From the NCBI GenBank assembly GCA_963703955.1, contig CAVPGK010000006.1:128001-192000 (forward strand): DNA of 64,000 nt, in the 5' to 3' direction. This stretch comes from Nitrospirota bacterium. GTDB lineage: Bacteria; Nitrospirota; Nitrospiria; Nitrospirales; Nitrospiraceae. Of the stretch, positions 1 to 10,250 are shown piece by piece. Below the pieces are notes generated by a model, which ran no database searches, had not been told where the DNA came from, and worked only from the letters and a program-made list of their open reading frames with translations. Positions within the stretch are counted from its first letter, which is position 1, and the number at the start of each line of letters is the position of its first letter. A program made the translations under genes and the position numbers.

Positions 1-433
1 GGTCGAACGGCAAGGGAATCGCCTGTCGCCTGACGGAATTGAAGATCTGCAGGCCCATATAGGTCATGGTGGCGGATTTAGTCGGATCTTTGGGGAAATC
101 CCAGCGAAAGACGCCATCGGGGCCACGCCCGCACCGAATGTGCGCGCTCAGATGCGGTCTGGAGTTGACGAGTTCGGCGTAGGCGTTCTCCAGTCTGACG
201 CGGACGCTGGGATCATCGAGCGAGGCACGGCGGGAGAAGACATCGCTGATGGCGGTTTCGATTCCGCTCAGCAGCAGGCTGTGCGCCTCATGCAGACTGG
301 CGACGACTTCGGGTGCCACGCCACCGACGAATGGAAAGGGACCCGGCGCTTCCGCACTTTCCAACTGAATCCAAGACCATGGCACCTGGCCGACATACTG
401 ATCACTGTGCAACGTATCCCATACATCGGCCAT
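1..433 (-). CDS. hypothetical protein, runs off window start
   Basis: Manual translation from ATG at 433 is open to base 1 (MADVWDTLHSDQYVGQVPWSWIQLE...); directly downstream of the VOC gene. Confidence 0.7.
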   Translation of the reverse strand, partial: MADVWDTLHSDQYVGQVPWSWIQLESAEAPGPFPFVGGVAPEVVASLHEAHSLLLSGIETAISDVFSRRASLDDPSVRVRLENAYAELVNSRPHLSAHIRCGRGPDGVFRWDFPKDPTKSATMTYMGLQIFNSVRRQAIPLPFD

Positions 434-440
434 AAGATGC

Positions 441-470
441 TTTTGCCTTTTTACTTTTGACTTTTGCCTT
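441..470 (-). repeat. AT-rich ~7-nt tandem repeat (ttttgcc/tttttac/ttttgac)
   Basis: ttttgcctttttacttttgacttttgcctt; same family as 1881-1910 and 2380-2418. Confidence 0.7.
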
Positions 471-882
471 GCGAGCCGCTGCTGATCGTCGGCTCGTAGA
501 GCACCTGCACCGTGTTGCCGTCCGGATCGGCGACATAGAACGAATAGCTGTCGTCGCGATGCCGGATCGGGTGCTTCACAATCTTGTAACCGGCTTCCTC
601 GACCTGCTTAAAGAGACGATCGACGGCTGCCGGCGACTCCATAATGATCCCCAAGTGATCCATGAACTGACCGCGCTGACCTTTGTACTGCGCTAACTCC
701 GAAGCTGAAATCTGATGCAGCGCCAGATTGTCTGATCCTGAACTGAGATAGATGTTGTCCGCATCCGGCTGCCAGACGACCCGCATCCCGAAAAGTTGTT
801 CATAAAAGGCCCGGGACCGACTCAGGTCAGTGACTTTCAGCGCCAGATGCCACAATCCTCGAACGCCAGTACCCATCATCAT
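451..882 (-). CDS. VOC/glyoxalase family protein
   Basis: HLALKVTDLSRSRAFY and SFYVADPDGNTVQV motifs. Confidence 0.9.
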   Translation of the reverse strand: MMMGTGVRGLWHLALKVTDLSRSRAFYEQLFGMRVVWQPDADNIYLSSGSDNLALHQISASELAQYKGQRGQFMDHLGIIMESPAAVDRLFKQVEEAGYKIVKHPIRHRDDSYSFYVADPDGNTVQVLYEPTISSGSQGKSQK

Positions 883-1043
883 CTCGCCATTGCTCGTCGT
901 ATTTACTGCGTAGCCGGAAGCCCAGTCAATCAGAAACTCTGCCCTTCACTGAATGTCCAACGGATAGACATTGCGCACGGCCCGATCCGCTATGGTACGA
1001 TCCAACAGCTTCACCAAATTCTCATTCTGATGAGGAGAACCGG

Positions 1044-1898
1044 ATGCGACTGATCCGCGTGTCATTCGTTCTGTTCATGGCGATACTGTTTGGAGGACAC
1101 CATAGTGCTCATTCCGTAGGAATCGTTCCCACCGACATTGTCGGGAAAGACGGCGCGCCGATGGTGCTGGTTCCTTCCGGCCCGTTTCCGATGGGTGTGC
1201 CGCCCGGGGACCGAGACGGCGGCAGAGATGAGTATCCTCGCCATGAAGTCAGCCTCGATGGGTTCTACATCGATAAATTTGAAGTGACCAACGGCAAATA
1301 TTGGGAGTTTGTCAAAGTCACTGGGCATCGTATACCACAACACCCGCAAAACCCGAGCCGAACGCTTTGGGAGAACGGCCGGATCTCGGAATCACTGGGG
1401 GAGCGTCCGGTGATCAACGTGGACTGGTTCGACGCGGAAGCCTATTGCCGCTGGACCAGCAAGCGCCTGCCCACTGAAGCCGAGTGGGAAAAGGCGGCGC
1501 GCGGAACGGATGACCGGCGATTTCCTTGGGGCAACATGGAACCGACGCACAAACATCTCAATTACAACCAGCAGTGGCAGGGAGAAAAAACGCTCATGCC
1601 GGTCGGCAGCTATGAAGCGGGCAAGAGCCCCTATGGTGCCTATGACATGGCAGGAAATGTGTGGGAATGGGTGGCCGACTGGTACGATCCGCTGTACTAC
1701 GAAAAGAGCCCCGACAAGAATCCGCCGGGACCCGAGACCGGCACCCACAAAGTGCTCCGCAGCTCAGGCTGGTCGGTCGAGACTCCGCTGGTGCGAATCT
1801 TTACCCGGGTCAAGAGCGATCCGCTCAATCGGAATGACTCGACGGGCTTCCGGTGCGCGGTAGGCGCACCAGAAGCCCGAGTAAAAAGTGAAAAGTAA
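1044..1898 (+). CDS. formylglycine-generating enzyme (FGE-sulfatase) domain protein, exported
   Basis: Signal peptide; RLPTEAEWEKAARG, YDMAGNVWEWVADWY, GFRC. Confidence 0.92.
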   Translation: MRLIRVSFVLFMAILFGGHHSAHSVGIVPTDIVGKDGAPMVLVPSGPFPMGVPPGDRDGGRDEYPRHEVSLDGFYIDKFEVTNGKYWEFVKVTGHRIPQHPQNPSRTLWENGRISESLGERPVINVDWFDAEAYCRWTSKRLPTEAEWEKAARGTDDRRFPWGNMEPTHKHLNYNQQWQGEKTLMPVGSYEAGKSPYGAYDMAGNVWEWVADWYDPLYYEKSPDKNPPGPETGTHKVLRSSGWSVETPLVRIFTRVKSDPLNRNDSTGFRCAVGAPEARVKSEK

Positions 1899-2433
1899 AA
1901 AGGCAAAAGTTGACAGCAAAGAACTGGAACGAGACCGAAGTAATAAGGAAAAATTAGTAGAGGCAAGACTGGGTACGAACCAGGAAGAAGCTAATAGCAT
2001 AAGGTCGGATGGAAGACGGGATATTCAAGAGCGCACGTTTTCTTTTGCCTTGAGCGTTATCCGCTTATGCAAGAAGATCGATGGCAGGTCTGGTGTTGGA
2101 AGGGTCCTTGCCCTTCAGCTTCTGAGAGCAGGAACATCCGTTGGTGCCAACGTGGAGGAAGCACAGGCTGGACAGAGTCGAGCAGATTTCGTTAGTAAAT
2201 ATTCAATTGCTCTCAAGGAAATTCGTGAAACGCGTTACTGGCTCCGCCTCATTGAGGAATCCGCTATCATGGACTGCCGTGCCATTACTCCCTTACTTCA
2301 AAGGTCTGTAGAATTCGGCCGAATTCTTTGGAGCGACCGTATCCCGAACAAACCAAGGGCCGATAGCATGAAACTTCTTACTTTCTTATTTTTTACTCTT
2401 GCCTTTTTACTTTTTCCTTCGAGGCTGCGATGA
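1888..2433 (+). CDS. four-helix-bundle protein (TIGR02436/23S rRNA IVP-like), probable frameshift near C-terminus
   Basis: QLLRAGTSVGANVEEA...DFVSKYSIALKEIRETRYWLRL; removing one T at ~2327 gives the usual GRILGATVSRT...stop ending. Confidence 0.88.
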   Translation: MKSKKAKVDSKELERDRSNKEKLVEARLGTNQEEANSIRSDGRRDIQERTFSFALSVIRLCKKIDGRSGVGRVLALQLLRAGTSVGANVEEAQAGQSRADFVSKYSIALKEIRETRYWLRLIEESAIMDCRAITPLLQRSVEFGRILWSDRIPNKPRADSMKLLTFLFFTLAFLLFPSRLR

Positions 2434-3293
2434 CAGAGCAAGGTTTTCGCGGACTCCGGGTGGCGGCTTTCGAGAGTCGGATGGCGGCTGAGATGGCGCG
2501 TTTGATCGCTCATTACGGCGGCCAGCCGCTTGTTGCTCCGTCGATGCGTGAGATTCCTCTTCAGGACAATACCGAAGTCTTGCATTTCGGTGAGCGACTA
2601 GTCGCCGATCAGTTCGATATGGTGATCTTACTCACCGGCGTGGGGACCCGGACAATGACTGAGGTCCTGCAGACGCGCTATTCTCTGGAGACCATCACAA
2701 GCGCGCTGGCTCGGGTCATTCTCGTGGCTCGAGGCCCGAAGCCTATCGCGGCCCTGAAGGAGCTTGGTCTGGCCGCGACCATTGCTGTGCCGGAGCCCAA
2801 CACCTGGCGCGACATCATTCACGCGCTCGACGCCCATAGACCTGTGGCCGGACTTCGCGTCGCCGTTCAGGAATACGGCGTCTCCAATGCCGAACTGCTC
2901 CACGCCTTGCGCGAGCGAGGCGCAGAGGTCACGCGAGTTCCCGTCTATCGGTGGGCCTTACCGGAAGACATCACACCGCTCAGAGAGGTCATCGACGCGG
3001 TACTCCAGGGAGAGGTGGACGTCGTCCTCATCACGAACGCCGTCCAGGTTGATCATATCATGCGTCTTCTTAGTCAGGATCCTCAATTCAAGGGAGGGAC
3101 CGACCGGTTTCGTGAGGCCACCGGGCAGATGATCGTCGCCTCTGTGGGTCCGACAGCCAGCGAACGTCTGCAGGGTTACGGTTTACGGGTCGATCTTGAA
3201 CCCTCCCATCCCAAGATGGGCATCCTCGTGAAGGAAACCAGCGAACACGCCCGCGCTCTTCTTGAAGTCAAGAGAGGAGCCCATCCCATTTAA
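2430..3293 (+). CDS. hemD: uroporphyrinogen-III synthase
   Basis: VAAFESR, LLTGVG, ARGPKP, VPVYRW, SVGP motifs. Confidence 0.88.
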   Translation: MTEQGFRGLRVAAFESRMAAEMARLIAHYGGQPLVAPSMREIPLQDNTEVLHFGERLVADQFDMVILLTGVGTRTMTEVLQTRYSLETITSALARVILVARGPKPIAALKELGLAATIAVPEPNTWRDIIHALDAHRPVAGLRVAVQEYGVSNAELLHALRERGAEVTRVPVYRWALPEDITPLREVIDAVLQGEVDVVLITNAVQVDHIMRLLSQDPQFKGGTDRFREATGQMIVASVGPTASERLQGYGLRVDLEPSHPKMGILVKETSEHARALLEVKRGAHPI

Positions 3294-3329
3294 ACATCGT
3301 AGTCCGAATCAACGATCTACGCGTGCTCG

Positions 3330-4298
3330 CTAGGGCGCCGCCTTGGCTGCCGCATCGACAGGCTTTTCTGCTAGGCTCTCCGTGACCGACCGCGCACAAC
3401 GAAATCCGAGCCAGTTCATCTTCACGGTCGGCTCGGCCCCGTTCCGTTGCGCAGGCCGTACGGAGGGCGAACTGTCAATCCATCCGCCTCCACGAAAGGC
3501 TTTCTGAGTTCCGCGATCCGGCCCCTTGGGATTCCGGTCCGGCGCCGTTTTGTAATAGTTCGGGTCGTACCAGTCGGCCGTCCATTCCGCCACATTGCCG
3601 GCCATTTGAAAGACGCCGTACGGACTGACCGCGTTTTCGTATTTATCGACTGAGATGATCGGCGGGTAAAGCAGCAGTCGTTCGGGGCGATCCCTGACCG
3701 GTCCCGACAGCCCCGTTCGCCCGAAGTTGGCCCGACTCAGTCCCGCCGGCTGATTGCCCCAGGGATAGATGCGGCCGTCCTCGCCTCTAGCGGCCTTCTC
3801 CCATTCCGCCGAGGTCGGCAAGCGCTTGCCGGCCCAGCGACAATACGCATCGGCGTCATACCAACTCACGTGCATCACCGGGTGATGCGACATAGATTCC
3901 TGGAAGTTTCCGCCGTCATATCGCCAATCGAGCAGCGGGGGACGATCGGTCGCCACGACGAATTTCAGAAATTGCAGAGCGGTGACTTCGTACTTGTCGA
4001 CGTCATACGTATCCAGAAAAACCCGCCGCTGAGGCATCTCAGGCGGATACGCATTGTGATCTTTTTTCTTGTCGCTGCCCATCAAAAACGATCCGGCCGG
4101 AATGCCGACCATCTCATCTACCGTCGGCAATTTTGCTCGCTCAGCCGCCAGCTTCTTACCTTCGGGCGTCCATTCCGGTGTGACGTCCGCCACATCCAAT
4201 CCCCAGACAAGACCGGCTCCCACAAGGCCGGCGACGAAGAACAATCCCGTTATGAAAGCCTTGACCCTCGAATAACTTCTTTGACCCATGACGCGCAC
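3330..4298 (-). CDS. FGE-sulfatase domain protein
   Basis: RLPTSAEWEKAARG, MAGNVAEWTADWY, LGFRCA. Confidence 0.92.
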   Translation of the reverse strand: MRVMGQRSYSRVKAFITGLFFVAGLVGAGLVWGLDVADVTPEWTPEGKKLAAERAKLPTVDEMVGIPAGSFLMGSDKKKDHNAYPPEMPQRRVFLDTYDVDKYEVTALQFLKFVVATDRPPLLDWRYDGGNFQESMSHHPVMHVSWYDADAYCRWAGKRLPTSAEWEKAARGEDGRIYPWGNQPAGLSRANFGRTGLSGPVRDRPERLLLYPPIISVDKYENAVSPYGVFQMAGNVAEWTADWYDPNYYKTAPDRNPKGPDRGTQKAFRGGGWIDSSPSVRPAQRNGAEPTVKMNWLGFRCARSVTESLAEKPVDAAAKAAP

Positions 4299-4322
4299 CC
4301 CATTCCTCCCTCAGTGAGCGGT

Positions 4323-4916
4323 TTACATTGTCTGCTTTTTCTCCGGCGGTTTGGGCCCGTCGAATTCTTCCAACGGTTGAAAGTTCACGGGCAATTCGAA
4401 CAGGAAATCAGAGATCGATCGCAATTTGACGTTTCGGTACTCGACCAGCCACTTGCCGTCTTTCCTCGCCAACTTGAGCGGAAAGCGAATATCCGTCGCC
4501 AACCATTGATAGTAGACGTCGGTGTGCCTCTTCTGTTGAACCGTCACCTCATATAAAGTTGTGGGGTGACCGTCCAGGGTTTCCGTGCCGATCTCTTCGC
4601 GCGAGATCTCCCCGTCCAGGCGCTCGCTGACTTTCGGCGCTTGCTCAGGGTCATACGGCACCGTCTTGAAGTGGCGCATCCGCGACAGCAACAACCACAT
4701 CACCTGCTTGTCCTTACGGACGATGGTGACGTTCACGGGACTGAGGTCCTGATGTTCGAGCCGCCACATGTTATCCCGGTAATAGATATTAGCTCTTCGG
4801 CTGTGCCCATCGATGCGTGTGATCTGATCGGCGGAGAATTCCAGCGCCCAGACGCTGCCGAACCCGAGCGATGAGAGAAGCGCGACGAGCATTCCAGCCA
4901 TCGACATTCTTTGCAT
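4323..4916 (-). CDS. exported protein, DUF4412-like
   Basis: Signal peptide, EFSADQI start, GTETLDGHPTTLYEV. Confidence 0.7.
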   Translation of the reverse strand: MQRMSMAGMLVALLSSLGFGSVWALEFSADQITRIDGHSRRANIYYRDNMWRLEHQDLSPVNVTIVRKDKQVMWLLLSRMRHFKTVPYDPEQAPKVSERLDGEISREEIGTETLDGHPTTLYEVTVQQKRHTDVYYQWLATDIRFPLKLARKDGKWLVEYRNVKLRSISDFLFELPVNFQPLEEFDGPKPPEKKQTM

Positions 4917-5140
4917 AAGCGCAGTCTAACATAGAGGCATCACACCCGCCCACCTACCGCCCCTCCACCTTCCCGGTCCCCGGGCGCACCGGCTGTGTTA
5001 TTTTCTCACCTGCTATCTCACCCACCACCCCCAGCCACACCAAGACGCGGCTTCTTGCCGTGACCTGAGCCTGCCGAGATCGGCCGGAGTGGTCGCAGAA
5101 TCGATGATGTCAGCGGCTGCCGCGGACACGTTCCATTCGT

Positions 5141-5617
5141 TCAGGTTCGCGCCAGTGCGACGGCCATAAAGAGGACGGCCATAGCCACGAGGAGACCGAG
5201 GCGGCCAACCCAGGTCGAGAGGCCGATCAAGAATTGATCGGCGGAAGTGGGAGTCTCGGGAGATTCTTTTCTCAGTCGCGCGACCAAGGGCCCCAACCAG
5301 AAGTCGTGCACTGCGGTGAGGCCGATCAGAAGCGCGACCAGCCACAGCTTCGTCATGAGGACGGACCGCCAGCCTTCGGGTTCCGCCAAGGTTCCGGTTC
5401 TTGAACTCACCAGGAGCGGCCCCGTTGCGACCAGAAGAATCATGGATCCCCAGACCGCGACTCGAAACCGTCGAGCCAGCGTTTGAAAGAGAACCCTGCG
5501 GTCGGCGCCAAAGGTTCCCCGCCTGAAAACCGGCGCCAGAATGAACGACAGGAAAACCATCCCGCCGATCCATATGACAGCTGCTAACACATGGACCCAT
5601 GCCAGCAAGATCATCAT
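5141..5617 (-). CDS. CopD/DUF4149-like membrane protein
   Basis: HVLAAVIWIGG; four hydrophobic helices. Confidence 0.75.
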   Translation of the reverse strand: MMILLAWVHVLAAVIWIGGMVFLSFILAPVFRRGTFGADRRVLFQTLARRFRVAVWGSMILLVATGPLLVSSRTGTLAEPEGWRSVLMTKLWLVALLIGLTAVHDFWLGPLVARLRKESPETPTSADQFLIGLSTWVGRLGLLVAMAVLFMAVALART

Positions 5618-5667
5618 CCTTGCGCCTCCTTGAACCCTCTCAAAGCCGCGCGATCATACCATAAGCC

Positions 5668-5825
5668 ATTTGATGATTTGTTGATCTGGTGATGTGCTGA
5701 CTTGACAGAGAATCTGTATCTGATCCATTGATTTGTTGATTTGTTCAACTCGTTCATTTATTGATTGCTGAGAGCAAGGCAACCGTCTTCAATCATCAGA
5801 TCACAAATCAGTAAATCAACGATCC
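5668..5825. repeat. inverted arrays of degenerate 8-nt tandem repeats
   Basis: gatttgtt/gatctggt units at 5668-5770, reverse-complement units (atcagatc/agtaaatc) at 5789-5824. Confidence 0.7.
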
Positions 5826-6827
5826 ATGAGAGCGATGCTGCTGGAGCACAGTGCCGACGTGAACTCAGCTCCTCTCCGGTTGCAGGAGGTTCCGCGCCCC
5901 GATCCAGGTCCTGGACAGATACGGGTGCAGGTCCAGGTCTGCGGAGTCTGCCGCACCGACCTGCACATCGTCGAGGGGGAACTGCCGCCGGCTCAGCGAC
6001 CGGTCATCCCCGGACATGAAACGGTCGGCATTGTAGATGGAACCGGAAGGGGCGTGCGATCGGTAAAGGAAGGGGACCGCGTCGGGATCGCCTGGCTCCA
6101 GGCAACCTGCGGGCGCTGCGAGTTCTGCATGAGCGGGCGGGAAAACCTTTGTGCGCTCGCGTCCTTCACTGGCTACCACGTCGATGGAGGATACGCCGAG
6201 TATGCGATGGTGCCGGAAGCCTTCGCGTACCCGATTCCATCAGTCTTCAGCGACGACGAAGCTGCGCCCTTGCTCTGCGCAGGCATTATCGGCTATCGTG
6301 CGCTCCGTCTCAGCAATGTGCGGCCTGGACAGCGCCTGGGCCTCTATGGCTTCGGTGCATCGGCCCATATCACGATCCAGGTCGCCCGGCATTGGGGCTG
6401 CTCGGTTTATGTCTGCTCATTGCGCGAAGAACACCGCGCGCTCGCTCGTGAGCTTGGCGCGGTGTGGGTCGGCGGCGCCACGGACCTTCCTCCAGACAAG
6501 CTGCACGGTGCCATCATTTTTGCGCCGGCGGGCGAAATCGTCCCGCCGGCGCTCCGCGCGTTGGAGAAAGGCGGGACGGTCGCGATCGCCGGCATCCACA
6601 TGACAACCATCCCCCCCATCGACTACGACCACGACCTGTTCCATGAGCGAATGATCAGGAGCGTGACCGCCAACACGAAACAAGACGGCGTTGATCTTCT
6701 ACAAGAAGCCGCCGCCATTCCCATCCGCACGCACACCCAACGCTTCAAGCTCGAAGAAGCGAATCTGGCGTTGCAAGCACTGAAGGCAGGAAAAATCCGA
6801 GGAGCGGGGGTTCTGACGGTGAGCTGA
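5826..6827 (+). CDS. zinc-dependent alcohol dehydrogenase family protein
   Basis: CGVCRTD, PGHE, CxxCxxCx7C, APLLCAG, GLYGFGASAH. Confidence 0.93.
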   Translation: MRAMLLEHSADVNSAPLRLQEVPRPDPGPGQIRVQVQVCGVCRTDLHIVEGELPPAQRPVIPGHETVGIVDGTGRGVRSVKEGDRVGIAWLQATCGRCEFCMSGRENLCALASFTGYHVDGGYAEYAMVPEAFAYPIPSVFSDDEAAPLLCAGIIGYRALRLSNVRPGQRLGLYGFGASAHITIQVARHWGCSVYVCSLREEHRALARELGAVWVGGATDLPPDKLHGAIIFAPAGEIVPPALRALEKGGTVAIAGIHMTTIPPIDYDHDLFHERMIRSVTANTKQDGVDLLQEAAAIPIRTHTQRFKLEEANLALQALKAGKIRGAGVLTVS

Positions 6828-7193
6828 AGTCTCGTTTCCACCAGTTTTCTGGTGCGACAGGCAAACGGTACTTCCCACACCTAAGGGATCTCTCAGCTAT
6901 TTAAATCCCCTGCCATTGTTGGCAGAGTGGCGGCGGATCGTGGCGTGGATCGAAGCCTTGGCGGGCGAGTGTCCGTAGCAAGGTCAGCCTCGACATCTTG
7001 ATAAGAGGAACCCCTGAAAGCCTCCGATAACCTTCCTGAACCTGATGTCATCGCGCAAGCTCCCCGAATTTGAGACGATCTTAAAGGGGAACTTTCTGGC
7101 GGAATAGCCACCCTGGCCAGCCGCTCTTGACGCGTTGCCCGGCAGCCAGTAAGATGGTTCCATTCTGGAACCACATCATTTTTTTGAGGCGCC

Positions 7194-7436
7194 ATGGCAA
7201 CCCTAACGGTCAAGAATATTCCGGACCCGCTCTATAAGCGGCTTAAGCGACAAGCTGCCCGGCGGCATCGTAGCCTCAATCAGGAAATTATTTCCTGTCT
7301 GGAGCAAGCGGCCGCTCTGCCCGAGATCAATCCGCAGACGATTTTACGCGGGGCTCGCGCGCTCAGGCGGTTGTATACGGGGCCGCCGCTGACTGAGGAA
7401 CGGCTCAGCCGTCTCAAGCGGGCCGGGCGGTTATGA
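7194..7436 (+). CDS. vapB: FitA/Arc-like ribbon-helix-helix antitoxin
   Basis: MATLTVKNIPDPLYKRLKRQAARRHRSLNQE; overlaps PIN gene. Confidence 0.85.
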   Translation: MATLTVKNIPDPLYKRLKRQAARRHRSLNQEIISCLEQAAALPEINPQTILRGARALRRLYTGPPLTEERLSRLKRAGRL

Positions 7437-7849
7437 TCGTCGTGGATACCAACCTTCTGGTCTATCTGTACGTTCCCGGTCGGGATACACCCGTCGCGGA
7501 AGCCGTGTTGACGCGCGATCCGATCTGGATCTCGACTCCGCTCTGGCAATCAGAGTTCCGCAATGCGCTGGCTGGGTTTATACGAGAAGGCGCTCTGACG
7601 GTCGAGGGAGGAAAGCGGATTGCAGCGCGAGCCGAGTCTTGGATGCGGGGACGGGAGCATGCGGTCTCAAGTGACCACGTTTTGGACCTGGCTGCCACGT
7701 CCGGCTGCACGGCTTATGATTGTGAATTCGTCGCATTGGCGGAAGGCACTGCGGTTTCGCTGGTGACACTCGATAAGAGATTCTGCGAGCTTTTCCTGAG
7801 ATTGCGCTCTCCCCGACCGCATTCCTGGACTGACAGGCAACGCTCCTAA
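7433..7849 (+). CDS. vapC: VapC PIN-domain toxin, probable 1-nt deletion near 7778
   Basis: MIVVDTN, AYDCEFVALA, LVTLD; alternative frame gives typical ILRAFPEIALSP tail ending 7833. Confidence 0.88.
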   Translation: MIVVDTNLLVYLYVPGRDTPVAEAVLTRDPIWISTPLWQSEFRNALAGFIREGALTVEGGKRIAARAESWMRGREHAVSSDHVLDLAATSGCTAYDCEFVALAEGTAVSLVTLDKRFCELFLRLRSPRPHSWTDRQRS

Positions 7850-7900
7850 CTCCTCCTCCAGGTCACTGCCGAGCCGGCGTGTAAACCAGTTTACCTTTTC

Positions 7901-8941
7901 TTACGTCATCCAGCGGAGGATCGTCTTCTCCGGCACGGGGTGGGTGAGGTCAGGACGGCCGGCCTGTTGATCCAGGTGATACTTTTGAAGCCGGCGATAC
8001 CAGACGGAGAGTTGGTCGGAGTCCAGACTTAAGTTCATCGTGGTCTTTTGAGTGTGACCGCGTTCCTGCAATTCGATGATGTCGCGGTCTTGACAGAGCG
8101 CCTTGCGGGCAATCAGACGCGCGAGCCAGGTCAGGGGAAACCATGCCCGCAGAAAATTCCAGCCCATCGTAAAGTCCAACCGCGTGGTCCCCTCGGTGAG
8201 CGGTGTCACGACCACCATGATTGCTCCCCACCGGGAACCGACTTCGAAGGTTTCCGTGTGAATGCCGGGCATGAGGAAATCCACCGTGGTCGTGGCCGGC
8301 GCGAGCGAGGGATTCAAGACACGAAAGACAATGGTGTTCGGTAGGCGCACGCTGGTGGCCACCGTTCGAAAGCCTTGGGCCAGCCGCGTGTACACTTTTT
8401 CCTTGAGCTTGGGCACGTGCCGTTGACGAAAAATGCCGTGGTGTATGAATGGGACATGCGCGGCATCGATGAAGTTGTCCACCGCCAGGTCCATCCTGGC
8501 CTTGACCGGAAGGGACATTCTGAGCACCGACACCGGGCTTCCGTCGGTGGGGGCCGGGAACATGGGAGGAGGATTCGCCGGTTTCGGACTACGGTCAGTG
8601 CCCATGTAGATCCAGATCCATCCATCCTGTTCCTGAACAGGAAAGGAGCAGACCGACGATGACTTCGGTAGAGTCCCATCTATCTGCGCCGGCACTTCCA
8701 CGCACTCTCCGGAGGAGGAGAACCGCCATCCGTGGTATCGGCAACGAATCGAATTGTCTTCTTGCCACCCGGCCGATAAGGGCACGCCACGGTGCGCACA
8801 GCGGTCTTCCAGCGCATGCGCGGCTCGGGACTCGTCTCGAAACAGGACGATGGGTTGGTTCAGCAGGATGGCCTGAGTCGGGCGACCTGTTTTCAGCCGT
8901 CGACTCTCCGCAGCAATGTACCAGAACCCTTCAAGCATCAT
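7901..8941 (-). CDS. Rieske non-heme iron oxygenase alpha subunit (VanA-like)
   Basis: DRCAHRG...CRYHGW Rieske motif; DNFIDAAHVPFIH iron site. Confidence 0.92.
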   Translation of the reverse strand: MMLEGFWYIAAESRRLKTGRPTQAILLNQPIVLFRDESRAAHALEDRCAHRGVPLSAGWQEDNSIRCRYHGWRFSSSGECVEVPAQIDGTLPKSSSVCSFPVQEQDGWIWIYMGTDRSPKPANPPPMFPAPTDGSPVSVLRMSLPVKARMDLAVDNFIDAAHVPFIHHGIFRQRHVPKLKEKVYTRLAQGFRTVATSVRLPNTIVFRVLNPSLAPATTTVDFLMPGIHTETFEVGSRWGAIMVVVTPLTEGTTRLDFTMGWNFLRAWFPLTWLARLIARKALCQDRDIIELQERGHTQKTTMNLSLDSDQLSVWYRRLQKYHLDQQAGRPDLTHPVPEKTILRWMT

Positions 8942-9197
8942 GCCCCCTGCCTGCTGGAGACCAGGCTAGCCTTACTGCGCGCCTTTCTTACCCTCCCACC
9001 CGACCATCGTACTTCCATGTCAATCATCCATCCGCTGCGCACTCAAACAATTCACAGTACTGCCTTCAGGCAGGCGGGTCAAGAGCATGGTGCCTTCGAA
9101 GTGACTATGCGATAATGAACTCAGAGAACCTTGGTCCATCTGTAGTGAAGCCCAATCGGGAAACAGTGATGGAATTCCCCATGAGTGAGACGGACGC

Positions 9198-10232
9198 GTG
9201 AAAGCGGTTGTCAAGACCGCACCGAAGCCGGGGCTCACCTTGCAGCCAATGCCTGACCCGAGCCCCGGCGAGGCCGAAGTGCTGGTCCGTGTGAAGGCCA
9301 CCTCGCTCTGCGGCACCGACGCGCATATCTATTTTTGGGATGAGTGGGCGCAAGGTCGTATCCGTCCTCCGCGGATCATCGGCCATGAGATGTGCGGCGA
9401 AGTCGCGGAATTAGGCCCGGGCGTCACGACCATGGCGGTCGGCGATTACGTGGCCGCCGAATCGCATCTGACATGCGGTGTCTGCTTTCAATGTCGCACC
9501 GGCCAGGCTCACGTGTGCAAGAATTACCGCATCCTCGGCGTCGACGTGGACGGATCCTACGCCGAATACGTGGTGCTCCCGGAACGGGTGCTGTGGAAGA
9601 CCACGCGGGAGATCCCTCCCGAGTTGGCGTGCGCGCAAGAACCCCTCGGTAACGCGGTCTATGCGACCCTGATCGAAGATGTGACCGGGAAGTCGGTGCT
9701 GATCAGCGGGTGCGGCCCAACGGGCCTCTTCGCCGCGGCCATCGCGCGAGTGGCCGGCGCCTCACCGATCATTGCGACCGACGTCAGCGATTACCGGATC
9801 GGATTGGCCAAGCAGTTGGGCGTGGATCATGTCCTCAATGCCGAGACCGAGTCCCCCGAAGCCATCGCCACAGCCATTCGAGATATTACGGGAGGTGAGG
9901 GCGTGGACGCCGCGTTGGAAATGTCGGGTAACCCCGGAGCGCTTCATCAAGCCTTCCGGTCCGTTAAGAACGGAGGACGAGTGAGTCTCTTCGGCATTCC
10001 CACGGGACAGGTCAGTTTTGATCTGCCGAACGAAATCATCTTTAAAGGCATCCGCGTGTACGGCGTCACCGGCCGCCGATTGTTTGACACCTGGTACCGG
10101 CTGGCGGGTCTCTTCAAAGCCGGTCTCGACATCCGGCCGGTCGTCACGCACACCTTTCCGATGGCAGACTTTGCCAAGGGCTTCGAGTTGATCAAGGCCG
10201 GAAATTGCGGCAAGGTGGTTCTGTTTCCATAA
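9198..10232 (+). CDS. tdh: L-threonine 3-dehydrogenase
   Basis: SLCGTDAHIY, GHE, EPLGNAV, GKVVL; adjacent to kbl. Confidence 0.93.
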   Translation: MKAVVKTAPKPGLTLQPMPDPSPGEAEVLVRVKATSLCGTDAHIYFWDEWAQGRIRPPRIIGHEMCGEVAELGPGVTTMAVGDYVAAESHLTCGVCFQCRTGQAHVCKNYRILGVDVDGSYAEYVVLPERVLWKTTREIPPELACAQEPLGNAVYATLIEDVTGKSVLISGCGPTGLFAAAIARVAGASPIIATDVSDYRIGLAKQLGVDHVLNAETESPEAIATAIRDITGGEGVDAALEMSGNPGALHQAFRSVKNGGRVSLFGIPTGQVSFDLPNEIIFKGIRVYGVTGRRLFDTWYRLAGLFKAGLDIRPVVTHTFPMADFAKGFELIKAGNCGKVVLFP

Positions 10233-10250
10233 GAGTAGCGATCAGTTTCA

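Noticed and set aside
1044..2433. Diversity-generating retroelement (FGE/CLec-fold gene followed by Avd-like four-helix bundle)
   Set aside because: No reverse transcriptase and no template repeat matching the FGE 3' end seen in the window.
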